Assembly (NCBI GenBank): GCA_964270895.1
Contig: OZ185437.1
Length of the DNA stretch: 64,000 bases
Direction: 5' to 3' (one strand)
Source: Podarcis filfolensis
Lineage: Eukaryota
Each line of letters opens with the position of its first letter. Within the stretch, counting starts at the first letter, position 1. Shown here piece after piece: positions 13,691 to 24,341 of the stretch. The notes below the pieces were generated by a model, which saw only the letters and a program-made list of their open reading frames with translations, searched no databases and was not told where the DNA came from. The position numbers and the translations under genes were made by a program.

Positions 13691-15395
13691 AGCTGTGATA
13701 TGCATACTTACATATGTCCTGTTACATCCCGTCCTGTTCTATTGATTTATGTGAGCGTGGGTGGTACAGAGCACTTTCAGAATGTACTGATAATCAATAT
13801 GATGCCTTCTTGGTGCCACGAGTTGAGAATGATGTTTATTTGCTCCCAGGAGAAGCCACGCTCAGGGTAGAACATGAAGGCCAATCGAGGAGCCAGCTTC
13901 TTAGGCAATTCAAGATGGGGTTCGGCCCAAGTCAATCAACTCTTAAATGGAATGCCAATTTGCTTAGCTGATATGAAGCCCAAGTCCCAATTTAGGGGTC
14001 AAGTGTGGACCAGAGTGGACCAATCCTATCTCTTCCAGTTAGTCAGCTAAAGTGATCTACTGTGGAGGAGGACCTGAGCAACAAAGTAGGCATTGTTAAC
14101 TAGCCATGCCAGATACAGCCAGCCAGGTGTGTGCTGAGTTGAGAATCCTCCTTTGCAAAGGAAAGAAGTGCTGGCTAGAGTATAATATTACTACTGGAAG
14201 GGTACATGCTACTACTGATCAAGATTTACTCTCTTTCTATATATATATCTAAAGCATAATGCATGCATAGCTATCATTTATTTATTGTGCAAACCTCTTA
14301 TTTTAGTGTCTAAATGCAAGTTGACAACTGAGATCCATTATTCACATTTTCTTACCATTTGTGTGAAAAATCTGAATTCTGTGATGTAAAACTTGTTGTT
14401 ATTGAATAATACATGTTATTACAGGAAGCTTAGCAATGCATATTCTACATGGTAGAGAATGCCAGCCTCCTGCTCTACTGCACTCCTGTTTCTCAGTTTG
14501 CCATAAGAAAAGGATGTATACCAAGAGCTTGATGTTTACTGTCAGTCTAATGAGTTCTACTCTTCAGCAGTCATGTTATGGTTTTGGTATTTTTTCAAAG
14601 TGCATCTTTTGTAAGAAAAATCAAATTTACTTCAGATCCAGAAATAATCAAACATTTATAGATATTTAAATCTCAAAAATTTCAGAAGGGCTTATATGCT
14701 GCTGAATATGTGTGTGTTCAAATTTCCGTTTCATTCATATGTTTTCGGTGAATTCTAAACAACATGAAGGACACAGTTAACTTCCTGAACTGTAGGGAGC
14801 ACAGCCTTTAAGATAGGTGGGTGATGATCAGCAAGGGATGGAGCCATGAGGGAATTATAGACTGAATTGAGATCGGATGTACAGATTACAATCCTCTTTC
14901 AAATGTGTAAGGCTGATGTGCTTTAACTGTAGGAATAGTTAAGTGAGTCTTACATGCAATATACAATGTGACATTAGATGGCGATGATTAGCCTTATGGA
15001 AAATTCAATGTATTTTTAAAACCACTTTCAGCATTTTCAGAACATTTTTTATATGTGTGTAGATTCCACCCTAGTCACACTGTAAGGTGCTTCCAGCAGC
15101 AAGGTGTGCTGATCCAAGTTGATCCATTTGCCTTTCCATGTCCGTTTTGGTTCTTCAGTCTGGATGTTTTGGTTACCTAAGATAAACCTTGAAGAATAAC
15201 TGAATAACTTGTGGGGAAAGTTACATTTGTTGTTTATTTCCATTCAGCCAGCAATTTCTAACGGCCTAACTCAAGGGTTGCCAACCTTTTGCAGCCAATT
15301 TAAATTAGAAAAAGTGTTGTGTACACATGCACCCAAATACAAACAGTATGCCCTCTAGCCCCACAAACCCTTTGAGAAAAGCCTTCTAGTGGCTA

Positions 15396-15397
<2 letters not shown>

Positions 15398-15443
<46 letters not shown>
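15398..15443. repeat. (GT)n microsatellite
   Basis: Direct reading. Confidence 0.98.
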
Positions 15444-15445
<2 letters not shown>

Positions 15446-15798
15446 CGCTGTGGTCTAAACCACTGAGCCTCTTTGGCTTGCTGATCAGAAGGGTGATGGG
15501 GTGAGCTCCCATTGCTCTGTCCCGGCTTCTGCCAACCTAGCAGTTCAAAAGCATAAAAGTGCAAGTAGATAAATAGGTACCGCTGCAGCGGGAAGGTGAA
15601 CGCCATTTCCGTGCACTCCGGTTTCTGTCACAGTGTTCCATTGCACCAGAAGCTGTTTAGTCATGCTGGCCACATGACCTGGAAAGCTTTCTGTGGACAA
15701 ACACTGGCTCCCTCGGCCTGAAGCAAGATGAGCGCTGCAACCCCATAGTCACATTTGACTGGACTTAACTGTGCAGGGGTCCTTTACCTTTACCTTTT
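15446..15798 (-). mobile_element. Sauria SINE (Squam1/POM-like), longer subfamily
   Basis: Ends in GGGGTCCTTTACCTTTACC (reverse complement of the head); conserved GCAAGTAGATAAATAGGTACC core. Confidence 0.9.
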
Positions 15799-15799
15799 T

Positions 15800-15801
<2 letters not shown>

Positions 15802-15835
<34 letters not shown>

Positions 15836-15844
15836 GCTTTAACT

Positions 15845-15880
<36 letters not shown>
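15802..15880. repeat. (GT)n (15802-15830) and (CA)n (15846-15880) in inverted arrangement
   Basis: Direct reading; 15-nt spacer TTATTGCTTTAACTC. Confidence 0.95.
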
Positions 15881-15885
<5 letters not shown>

Positions 15886-16104
15886 TTTATACATGTTCAT
15901 TATATTTATTGCTTTAGGGTGCCTCATGAGAAGTGATTCATAAATGGAATACAATAAAAGACATTTCATGTCTAATTTGCAGGGTGGGGTGGGGACAGAA
16001 GGGACAGGGTGTTGTGGGTACCAGGGAAGGCATCTGTGGGTGTGCCCATGGACACTGCATTGGCAGCCCATGGTTCATCCAGATTTCTAGCTTTAAGTTC
16101 ATAC

Positions 16105-16166
16105 AGGGGCGTTTGGATTAGAAGACTCCATGGTCCCCTCCAACTCTACAATTCTATGATTCTATG
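16105..16166 (+). mobile_element. CR1 LINE 3' terminus
   Basis: GGTCCCCTCCAACTCTACAATTCTATGATTCTATG: CR1 terminal (ATTCTATG) octamer repeats. Confidence 0.8.
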
Positions 16167-17110
16167 AAAAGTTGCTGCATCATAACAAGTGGGTTTTTGT
16201 GGCAGCTTGCTATGATCTTAGCCTGTAAATCTCTCAAGGTTAGAGGAGGAAAACCTTAAATCTGTCATGCAAAAGCTTAGTGTGCCTCTGAACTTAAGCA
16301 CCGATCTCATTTGTGGATAAGGTTCATTTGAGCATTAGCAAAATGATCTTAATATATCATCTTTACTGTTGCTAAGCAGGAGTTATAAATGTCTTCCTGT
16401 GTGGTAGGTCTGCAAACAGTGAGTCATTACAAGTTACACCTCTGCTTGAAAGAACCTAATTTAAGATAACAAAGGATAAATGCAAAGGTCAGAGTTGGGG
16501 ACAAAAAATCTATTATTTAAATGCAAGACATGAAAGCTCCCTTATAAACGATGGCACTGAGATTATGAGAAAATTATGATGTGAACAGAATAATGTTATT
16601 CAGATTTCCAGTACCGCAAGAAATATTTCTATGGAACATAAATACCACCAAATGTTAATTGCCAAGCAATTATTCTGAATGTCTGTTGCCAGTGCAGCTT
16701 TTATGAAGGTTTTGATAAGTGATTTTTTCCCACTACACAGGTCACAAGAGCAGCATCCTCCTAACCAAGACCGCCTTTAGTAATCCAAAATTAGCACAGC
16801 TCAGATTTAGACAAGGGCACCTGCCCTTTCTTTTGTGCCACTGAATTTACATTTGTGAAAGTCATCTCAATAGCTATTTTTAAAATGAAAAGGGATGGTA
16901 TATTTAGGATGAGCTGCTGGAAGTTAATTAAAATTGGTTCTTTGACTGGCTAGTTTAGCATGCCACCCTTAGTTAGAGCCATTCACGGAAACAGTCTCGC
17001 CTGCATTGGTTGTTGTAAATGGCGTGTCCATGTTTAATTCATTGGTCTTGGAAGAAAAGATGTAAGGATACAGTGGTTAACAAAAGAGCAGCCACTGATT
17101 TGCTGAGAAT

Positions 17111-17460
17111 AAAGGTAAAGGGACCCCTGACCATTAGGTCCAGTCATGGCCGACTCTGGGGTTGCGGCGCTCATCTCGCTTTATTGGCCGAGGGAGCCGG
17201 CGTACAGCTTCCGAGTCATGTGGCCAGCATGACTAAGCCGCTTCTGGCAAACTGGAGCAGCGCACGGAAATGCTATTTACCTTCCCACCAGAGCGGTACC
17301 TATTTATCTACTTGCACTTTGACGTGCTTTCGAACTGCTAGGTTGGCAGGAGCAGGGACTGAGCAACGGGAGCTCACCCCATCGCGGGGATTTGAACCGC
17401 TGACCTTCTGATCGGCAAGCCCTAGGCTCTGTGGTTTAACCCACAGTGCCACCCGCATCC
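17111..17460 (+). mobile_element. Sauria SINE, full length
   Basis: AAAGGTAAAGGGACCCCTGACCATTAGGTCCAG head through TTAACCCACAGTGCCACCCGCATCC tail. Confidence 0.95.
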
Positions 17461-18216
17461 TGTATGAGGACTGTTAGCAATGTACAAACCCCACTCCACA
17501 CAATATTTGGTGCAAGATTTATGTAAATCTCTCCTAACGCAGCAATCCATTCCTGACGCTCACCTGTGGCATGTAGGATGCCATGTCTAGTAATGTCACC
17601 CAACTCCACCATCAGATTCCCGCCCCCCCCCCCCCGCCCCACACTTCAAGCTGCATAATAGAAGAGATGAGTATTGGGTTCCTAAGCGCTTGTTCCATTT
17701 CCATGTTAGTAGTGCAGCACAGTTTGTATGCAACTTCAACGAATCTGCTGTTGTAGTGATATTTCCTGCCACTCTACATTTTCGTGTGAATAGGACACGT
17801 TGGCAATCATTGATATTATCAAATTGTCTCTTTTGATTATACAAGAGTACAACAAATCTCTGCAGCAGGTCATTAAAAAAAAAAAAGGAAGTATATTGGA
17901 GAGACAGATAGAGAAGTGCAAACGTTGCCCAGTTACTGCAGGGCAAAGCCTGATCTGTGGTCTCTTTACCTCCACTTTCATCTCTCCTGTAGGTTGAATA
18001 AGACACTAATGTGTGGGATAATTATCTTTGGGGTATCAAAGCACAAAACAAGCCCAGGTTGTCATTTGGAAGCCAAAAACTATAAGGTAAAAGGTTAAAG
18101 AAGAAGGGAAGCAATTTGAAAGTAGCATATCAAAAAATACACGAAATTTTTTTTTGTAATGAAAACCAGCCATCATCAACCAGGTGTCCCCCAGATACTG
18201 GGTGGGGCTAATGAGA

Positions 18217-18584
18217 GGGCAGGTGGCACTGTGGTCTAAACCACTGAGCCTCTTGCACTTGCTGATCAGAAGGTTGGCAGTTCAAATCCCTGTGATGGGG
18301 TGAGCTCCTGTTGCTCTGTCCCAGCTTCTGCCAGCCTAGCAGTTCGAAAGCATGCCAGTGCAAGTAGATAAATAGGTACCACTGTGGCAGGAAGGTGAGC
18401 GGCGTTTCTGTGTGCTCTGGCTTCCATCACGGTGTTAGTTGTGCCAGAATGCTGGCCGCATGACCCGGAAAGCTGTCTGTGGACAAACACCGGTTCCCTT
18501 GGCCTGAGTGCGAGATGAGCTCCACAACCCCATGTTGCCTTTGACTGGACTTAACTGTCCAGGGGTCCTTTACCTTACCTACCT
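18217..18584 (-). mobile_element. Sauria SINE, longer subfamily
   Basis: Reverse complement of head and tail motifs both present. Confidence 0.9.
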
Positions 18585-18676
18585 TTTTTTAAAAAAAACA
18601 ACAACACCCAATGGGAATTGCAATCCAAAGTTATCTGGAGAACACCAAGTTGAGGGAGATGAGCTAAATACCCTGA

Positions 18677-18782
18677 TCTGCGGGCAAACACTGGCTCCCT
18701 CGGCCAGTAAAGCGAGATGAGTGCCACAACCCCAGAGTCGTTCGCAACTGGACCTAATGGTCAGGGGTCCCTTTACCTTTAC
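18677..18782 (-). mobile_element. Sauria SINE 5' fragment
   Basis: Ends GGACCTAATGGTCAGGGGTCCCTTTACCTTTAC. Confidence 0.85.
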
Positions 18783-20379
18783 AGTTCATAAAGGCAGTTC
18801 AGACTTGAAGAGAGGGGTAAGTCACCTGGATCATGCAGGACTTTCAAGATGTTCAGAGTGGTGATGAAACACAGGAATCCATAAAATACAAATTCTACAT
18901 TAGTGGATTCAGATGAAGATGGTTTTTATTTTATTTTTAAAAGACAGGTAAAGCTTGAGGTGTGCCCTTTCAGGTGGTTCTTAGCTCAAGAAATGTTAAA
19001 CGTTCTTCAAATTTGTGTGTAACTGATTGTGTTTTTTTAAATCTTCACTGACAATTCAGTTTCAAGTGGGCTTGTCCTTGAGAGTTCTCCACCAAAAGCA
19101 TGAGCTAATTTAGGCTGCAATCCTATACCCACTTACCTGGGAGTAATTAATATCCACAGAACTCAATGAGACTTTTTTGGTGCTGTTAGAATGTTATTGC
19201 AAATGAAGCTGGCAAATGGCAAAAGTTAGTTGAGTAGAAGATGGCAGGATGCCTCCTTTCAATTTGTATCTTCTGACTGAGAGTGTAATTATCATTTTGC
19301 CACAAGCACACTCAAATCTGGCTGTCAGCCTGGATAGGGGGGAAATGCAGCTTACTGTATATCCAAGGATTTTATGAATTACTCTTAGTTATGTCTTTTT
19401 AGCTTTAACCCCTGGTAAGTTTTGATAGTCTCATAGAAACAGAAACCTCAGTAATTCTGGAAAATCATCTTACTCCAGTGAAGATGTACTATTTTCCTCT
19501 CTCAGTGTTTCTATGCCATTTCACAAATTTATTTTCTACATCACTGAATCCTAAAACTTGCTGAATTGTATGCCTACCTCACAGCTATTAAAAACACAGA
19601 GTCAAAACGGGATTCTGTTAACACCAGAATGGTCTATTCTGAAAATCCATCCCATTATCCAGACTAGCATGCTACAAGCAGAGAGCCAGATGAACAAACT
19701 GCCTCTTGTCAGGGGCACCTGCACATTTAGGCACAATAAAATGATACAAAAGGCAATGCTAGTAGTTATTTGCCTCATTCCCCTCCTTTTATTAAAAGGG
19801 ATAGCCAGAGCTGCTCACTAGGGTCACCAGGGCAGGAACATCCCAGACCTTGAGACCTAGGGGCAGCTCACTGATGTCATAGAAGGCAAGGTGAGGGCTT
19901 CTTTCTCCTCAGCAACCATGTCCTTTGGTGACATCATGGGTGGTCGTTCACCAAGTGTCAACTGCTGGAGAGGCATCAGGACAACCTTCCAAGGTCTGAC
20001 AATTGTGGGGCACTCCAGCTGTGCAAAAGCCAGAGGTTTCTATGCCAACACCAGCAAATCTCTCAGTCAAGTTAAGCAAGAAGCATCACAGTTCAGGGAA
20101 ACATTCCAACCAGGGAAAAACTCTTGAGGAGGGTGTGACGCAAGACTGGAGAGGGGCATCCCATGAGGAGAGCCCCAGGGCCTATACAGACTGGCCTGGA
20201 GGGCTGCATTTGGCCTGCAGACTGAGATTCACTAGTAGTACCCAGGGTGTGTTTTTACGGTTATGTTTTGTTTTTGAGAGACAACAGTAATTTCAACAAT
20301 CAAACAATACAGAGCTATAATATGCCTAGTTTGACATAATTGGTTGTACAAGATATTCACTGCACTCAAGTTGAGAATG

Positions 20380-20411
20380 TATTATTATTATTATTATTAT
20401 TATCATCATCA

Positions 20412-20459
<48 letters not shown>
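20380..20459. repeat. (TTA)n/(TCA)n microsatellite, tail of the adjacent minus-strand L2
   Basis: Direct reading. Confidence 0.95.
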
Positions 20460-20460
<1 letters not shown>

Positions 20461-20735
20461 ATTATATATCGCCTCATACCCAGAGGTATGGAAAGAGGTG
20501 GCCATATGGAAAGAGGTGGTCCTTGAGGTATTGCGGTCCTAAGCCATTTAAGGCTTTATAGGTCAAAACCAAGCTACGAACCTGCTCCTTCAGAGGAAGT
20601 GTAACCCCATCAAGAGCAGGCGATCTCCCACCCATTTGGTCTAGGAAACCACCCACTAAGAGGGCCTCAGTCTTATCTGGATTGAGTTTCAGTTTGCTGG
20701 CTCTCATCCAGTTCGTTACCAAGGCAAGACATTGG
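20460..20735 (-). mobile_element. L2 LINE ORF2 fragment with internal deletions
   Basis: Translation WMRASKLKLNPDKTEALLV...LDGVTLPLKEQVRSL joined to VLTYKALNGLGPQYLKDHL; both are L2 post-RT motifs. Confidence 0.85.
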
Positions 20736-20773
20736 TACCATTTTGTTCTTTTGAAGCTCAAGAAGGTTTATAG

Positions 20774-20955
20774 CAGGCATGTCCAAAGTCTGGTCCGGGG
20801 GCCTAATCTGGCCCGCTGGTCGGTTTAATCCGGCCCTTGTGGCAGTTTATTTCCTGGGATAAAATCCTAAAAGAAGGTCAACAACTGTGGTTGGCCCTCA
20901 CACATGTTCACTTCATCAAATCTGGCCCCCTTTGAAAAAAGTTTGGACACCCCTG
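20774..20955. mobile_element. hAT-type MITE
   Basis: TIRs CAGGCATGTCCAAA / TTTGGACACCCCTG; perfect 8-bp TSD GTTTATAG (20766-20773 / 20956-20963). Confidence 0.92.
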
Positions 20956-21039
20956 GTTTATAGTAAATATTTAAAAAGCAGAAATGCAGTACAAAGAAGG
21001 CAATGAACAGCAATCAAGGGGAAAACCCCCAACAAATGA

Positions 21040-21490
21040 GCCAGCCAACCTAAAAAGAAAGTCAAGCAGGTCGGCCTTATAATCTCTCCCAAAAACCTGC
21101 AAGAGATGCTCCCAGGTAGAAATCCCACAGCCTTGGAGCAGCTGATGGTTTTGCTTCTAACTGCAACATTTCTCATTTCGTGCAGCACACGTCCACGAAG
21201 CAGGGACTGATTAGAGGACTGAAGTTGGCCTGGGTAGATAATACAAAGAGAGATTGTCTTGGAGATATGAAAGGCCAAATCCATGAAGGGCTTCAAAGGT
21301 TATTGCCAGCACCTTGAATGAATGAATGAATGAATGGTAGCTAGTGAAATATGCAGTGGGAGCTGTATATATTTGTATCTCCCAATATCTATTAGGAGAC
21401 ATGTAACTGCATTTTGCACTAGCTAAAGCTTTCAAGATGTTTCCAGGGGCAGCTTCATATATAGTGCATTACAGCAGCCATGCCTGAAGG
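21040..21490 (-). mobile_element. Degenerate L2 LINE 3' region
   Basis: Minus-strand motifs resembling LDYCNALY...LVQNA and FKVLAITFEALHGFGLSYLQDNL; interrupted by (GAAT)n. Confidence 0.75.
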
Positions 21491-21715
21491 TTACGAATAC
21501 AACTTAACAAGACTTCCCCAGTCAAAGGAAAAAGTTTGTCCAATTAACAGAGTCAACGGAAATTACAAAGTTCTCCTAAAACAACAGAGTTTTCTGGCAT
21601 TTTGAAAACCAATACATTGATTATGGAATATGGACTACAGCTTACTTTATCAGTTGCATCTGAAAAAGTGAGTTAGAGTCCACAAGTTACTTTGTTTTTG
21701 CTGCAAGAGACTTTA

Positions 21716-22155
21716 CCCTATCTGCACTATACATTTAAAGCAGTATCATACCACTTCAAACAGTCACTTCAAACAGTCATCATCCCTAAGAATCCTGGGA
21801 ACTATAGTTCAAGTGTGCTGAGAGCTGTTAGGAGACCCCTTTCCTCTCACAGAACTGTGATTCCCAGAGCTCCCTAGAAAGAGAAATTGATTGTTAAACC
21901 ACTCTGGGAATTGTAGCTCTAGGAGGGGAATAGGGGTCTGACAACTCTCAGCACCCTTAACAAACTATAGTTCCCAGGATTCTTTGAAGGAAACCATGAC
22001 TGTTAAATTGGTATTGCTGTTGACATCCACCCGTCTCAAGAGACAATGGAGTGCACCTCCAGGGGTGAAGTCAAAGCACTGTGTTAGCAGCACCGAAGTG
22101 ACCTTTCCAGGGCAAAAGTGGTATAATAGTGCTTTATATGTATAGTGCAGATGGG
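21716..22155. mobile_element. Long palindromic MITE-like element with a ~100-bp insertion (22015-22114)
   Basis: Nested inverted arms, e.g. AAGAATCCTGGGAACTATAGTT / AACTATAGTTCCCAGGATTCTT and TCTGCACTATA / TATAGTGCAGA. Insert flanked by AAATTGGTAT / AAAGTGGTAT. Confidence 0.75.
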
Positions 22156-22239
22156 ACTTAATACTACTTTTCTCTCGGAAAGTTTTAGTTACTGTAACTA
22201 CCTGGTTATCCAAAGGCATGCCAAGGGAAGCTCTCAGAC

Positions 22240-24341
22240 TTCCGGGTCAGCGCTAACGACGAATGGCGGAGTTCCTCCGATCGGAGGAACGGGCTCTGTG
22301 GAAATTGGGTCTTCCCGCCGCGGCGAAGGCGGGGGCCCACTAGAAATCCCAGGTGGAGAAGCCTGGGAACGTGGGGTTCAGCAGAGCACCAAGAGCGCCT
22401 CCCCTACTCACGAGGAAACCCCTTTTCGGGGCTCCGGAGTGAAGTGGGGTGAGTAGCGCGGTGCTGCGAACCGATCGCTATTTCCATGGAGGGAAGCCGC
22501 GCAGACTTTTTCCTGATGACATTTGGACTCCAAATCAAGTACCCGTGAGTAAAAACGGAGAATTGGATTAAGAAATTTGCAAAACTTATGAATTAGGCAC
22601 GAAGCGGGAAGGTTTAAACAGGAAGTCCGCCTTCCGCTTTTTGTATATACACTGAAGCAAAGACCTTGCAACCTAATAGCCTGGAAAACTGCTTTAAAGT
22701 TGGAAATTTCCTGCATCCACAACCAATAAAACCCCCTTGGAAGCAGGAGAAAAGGGGGGGGGGATTTGACTGTTTAATCCTGCAGGAGGAGAGTAAAGGA
22801 ATTTAAGTTTCCATCGTCCCAAACCTGGGGACGGGGTGTCGGGACAGAAATTGTTTGAGACGTCCATTGCTTGAAAGCGGAGTACTTTGACAGATAGTTA
22901 AAAAAAAAAAGAGAAACAAATTAACTTTAACGCTACTTTCTGTACTTCTGCATTTTAAAGAAACAAAGTTTTGAAATCGAAAGTAATCTCCTTTGTTGGA
23001 TACATTTTAAAAATGGATACAAATAGAAACTGTGTCCCCTAGAGGGAGCCTGTCAGTTTGTGGTTGCAGTTTACTGGAGACTCTACAGCTGCGAGATTTG
23101 GATCGTGGGACCAGCCGTTTGACCTTGAACAGAAATGTGTTGGAAGGAAGGTTTGGTGTCTGCCCTTGGCATGACAAATGTTTTGCTGGAGCAGCTGCAT
23201 GAGAAAATGAACTTGATGCATGAAAAATTGGACTTGATGAGTGCTGTGGCCAGTGAATATGATTTAACAGAGAATAAGGATAAAGAAGTTATACAGCTAT
23301 CAATTCAGGAATCTGGTTTAACAAGGCAAGTCCAAGGGCAGATTAAGAAGGAAGAGGCAGTGATTACTCCTCAAACAACACAAATGGAGAGATCCAAAGT
23401 CCTGCAGGAACCAAAGCCACTGCGTTGGAAGATTGAACTTGGAGAGTGCTGGGAAGTGTTCGAAGTCAAGGAAGCTTTTAACTCTAGTGGGACTGTGAAA
23501 CAGGTGAATAACTATCTTCTGGATAAATATTTTTTGGATTACAAAGATGACGACGGGGAGTGGGACTGGGGGGAAGGGGCCAGCCTGACGAAGGAAAATG
23601 GAAACTATTACCGGATGGAACCCTCCGGAGACCCACTCCCCAAGAAACCAACAATAGACAAAGAAGTGCGTAAGCACAAACAAGAACAAGAAAATTTGCA
23701 GAAGGGGCCTAGAAGAGATTTAAGGGCCTCGGACATAAGAACACGATTGATGGACTGGATGTAATGGACAGAAAGGACTGACACAACCCGAAACCAGGAA
23801 GAAGGGACGTTGGATAAAAATTTGAGATATCAAGGGAAATTCTTTTGTTAATTTTGGAATTAGTGTAACATTAATGAAATATCAGGGAATATGCTGGAAA
23901 GGAACTAAATTGGCTTTAGCAGAAATGATTTAAGGAGATATGTATGAATATGATGTAAACTTTGAAATTTTAAGATTTTTAAGATAAGGTCAAAGAAATT
24001 AAGGTAAATTGAATAACAGATTATATTAAAAGATGGAAAGGTGATGTTGAATCAATAAATAAGATAGATTGTGAAGATTAATCATTTAAATTAAAATTGA
24101 GACATGGGAAGAATTTGCTGGAATAACAAATTAAACTAGAATACAAAAAGGGAGGTGTGAGGAGGTTCAAGAAATAAGCAAATGAAAAGTTGTAATCAGA
24201 GATTTGTATTTTTCTTTCTTTCTTTTTTTGGTTTTTTTTGTTTTGTTTTATTTTTTGCTGTATTTTTCTGTTTTTCTTGTTTCTTTTTTGTGTTTATGTA
24301 TGGATGAAATGTTGAATAAATATCATTTAAAAAAAAAAAAG
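22240..24341 (+). mobile_element. Non-autonomous L1-related retroelement, apparently full length (HAL1-like architecture)
   Basis: 15-bp TSD GGGAAGCTCTCAGAC (22225-22239 / 24342-24356); CpG-rich 5' end (GAC)TTCCGGG...AATGGCGG; one ORF; AATAAA at 24315 and poly(A) from 24329; 3' UTR motifs shared with L1 tails in this window. Confidence 0.85.
23135..23764 (+). CDS. Orphan 209-aa ORF of the 2.1-kb retroelement (Glu/Lys-rich, short coiled-coil-like N-terminal segment); may be a pseudogenised copy of a longer ORF
   Basis: Longest non-tandem-repeat ORF in the window, co-oriented with the element's poly(A). No RT or endonuclease motifs seen. Confidence 0.55.
   Translation: MCWKEGLVSALGMTNVLLEQLHEKMNLMHEKLDLMSAVASEYDLTENKDKEVIQLSIQESGLTRQVQGQIKKEEAVITPQTTQMERSKVLQEPKPLRWKIELGECWEVFEVKEAFNSSGTVKQVNNYLLDKYFLDYKDDDGEWDWGEGASLTKENGNYYRMEPSGDPLPKKPTIDKEVRKHKQEQENLQKGPRRDLRASDIRTRLMDWM

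Noticed and set aside
17019-17411. ORFs over Sauria SINEs (also 29351-29707, 34303-34500, 18266-18490)
   Set aside because: Translations of SINE sequence recurring in each copy; non-coding.
23537-23560. FLAG-like DYKDDDGE in the orphan ORF (possible engineered tag or vector contamination)
   Set aside because: Only 6 of 8 residues match, it lies mid-ORF in an acidic stretch, and there is no linker or vector context. Treated as coincidence, though it might cross-react with anti-FLAG antibody.
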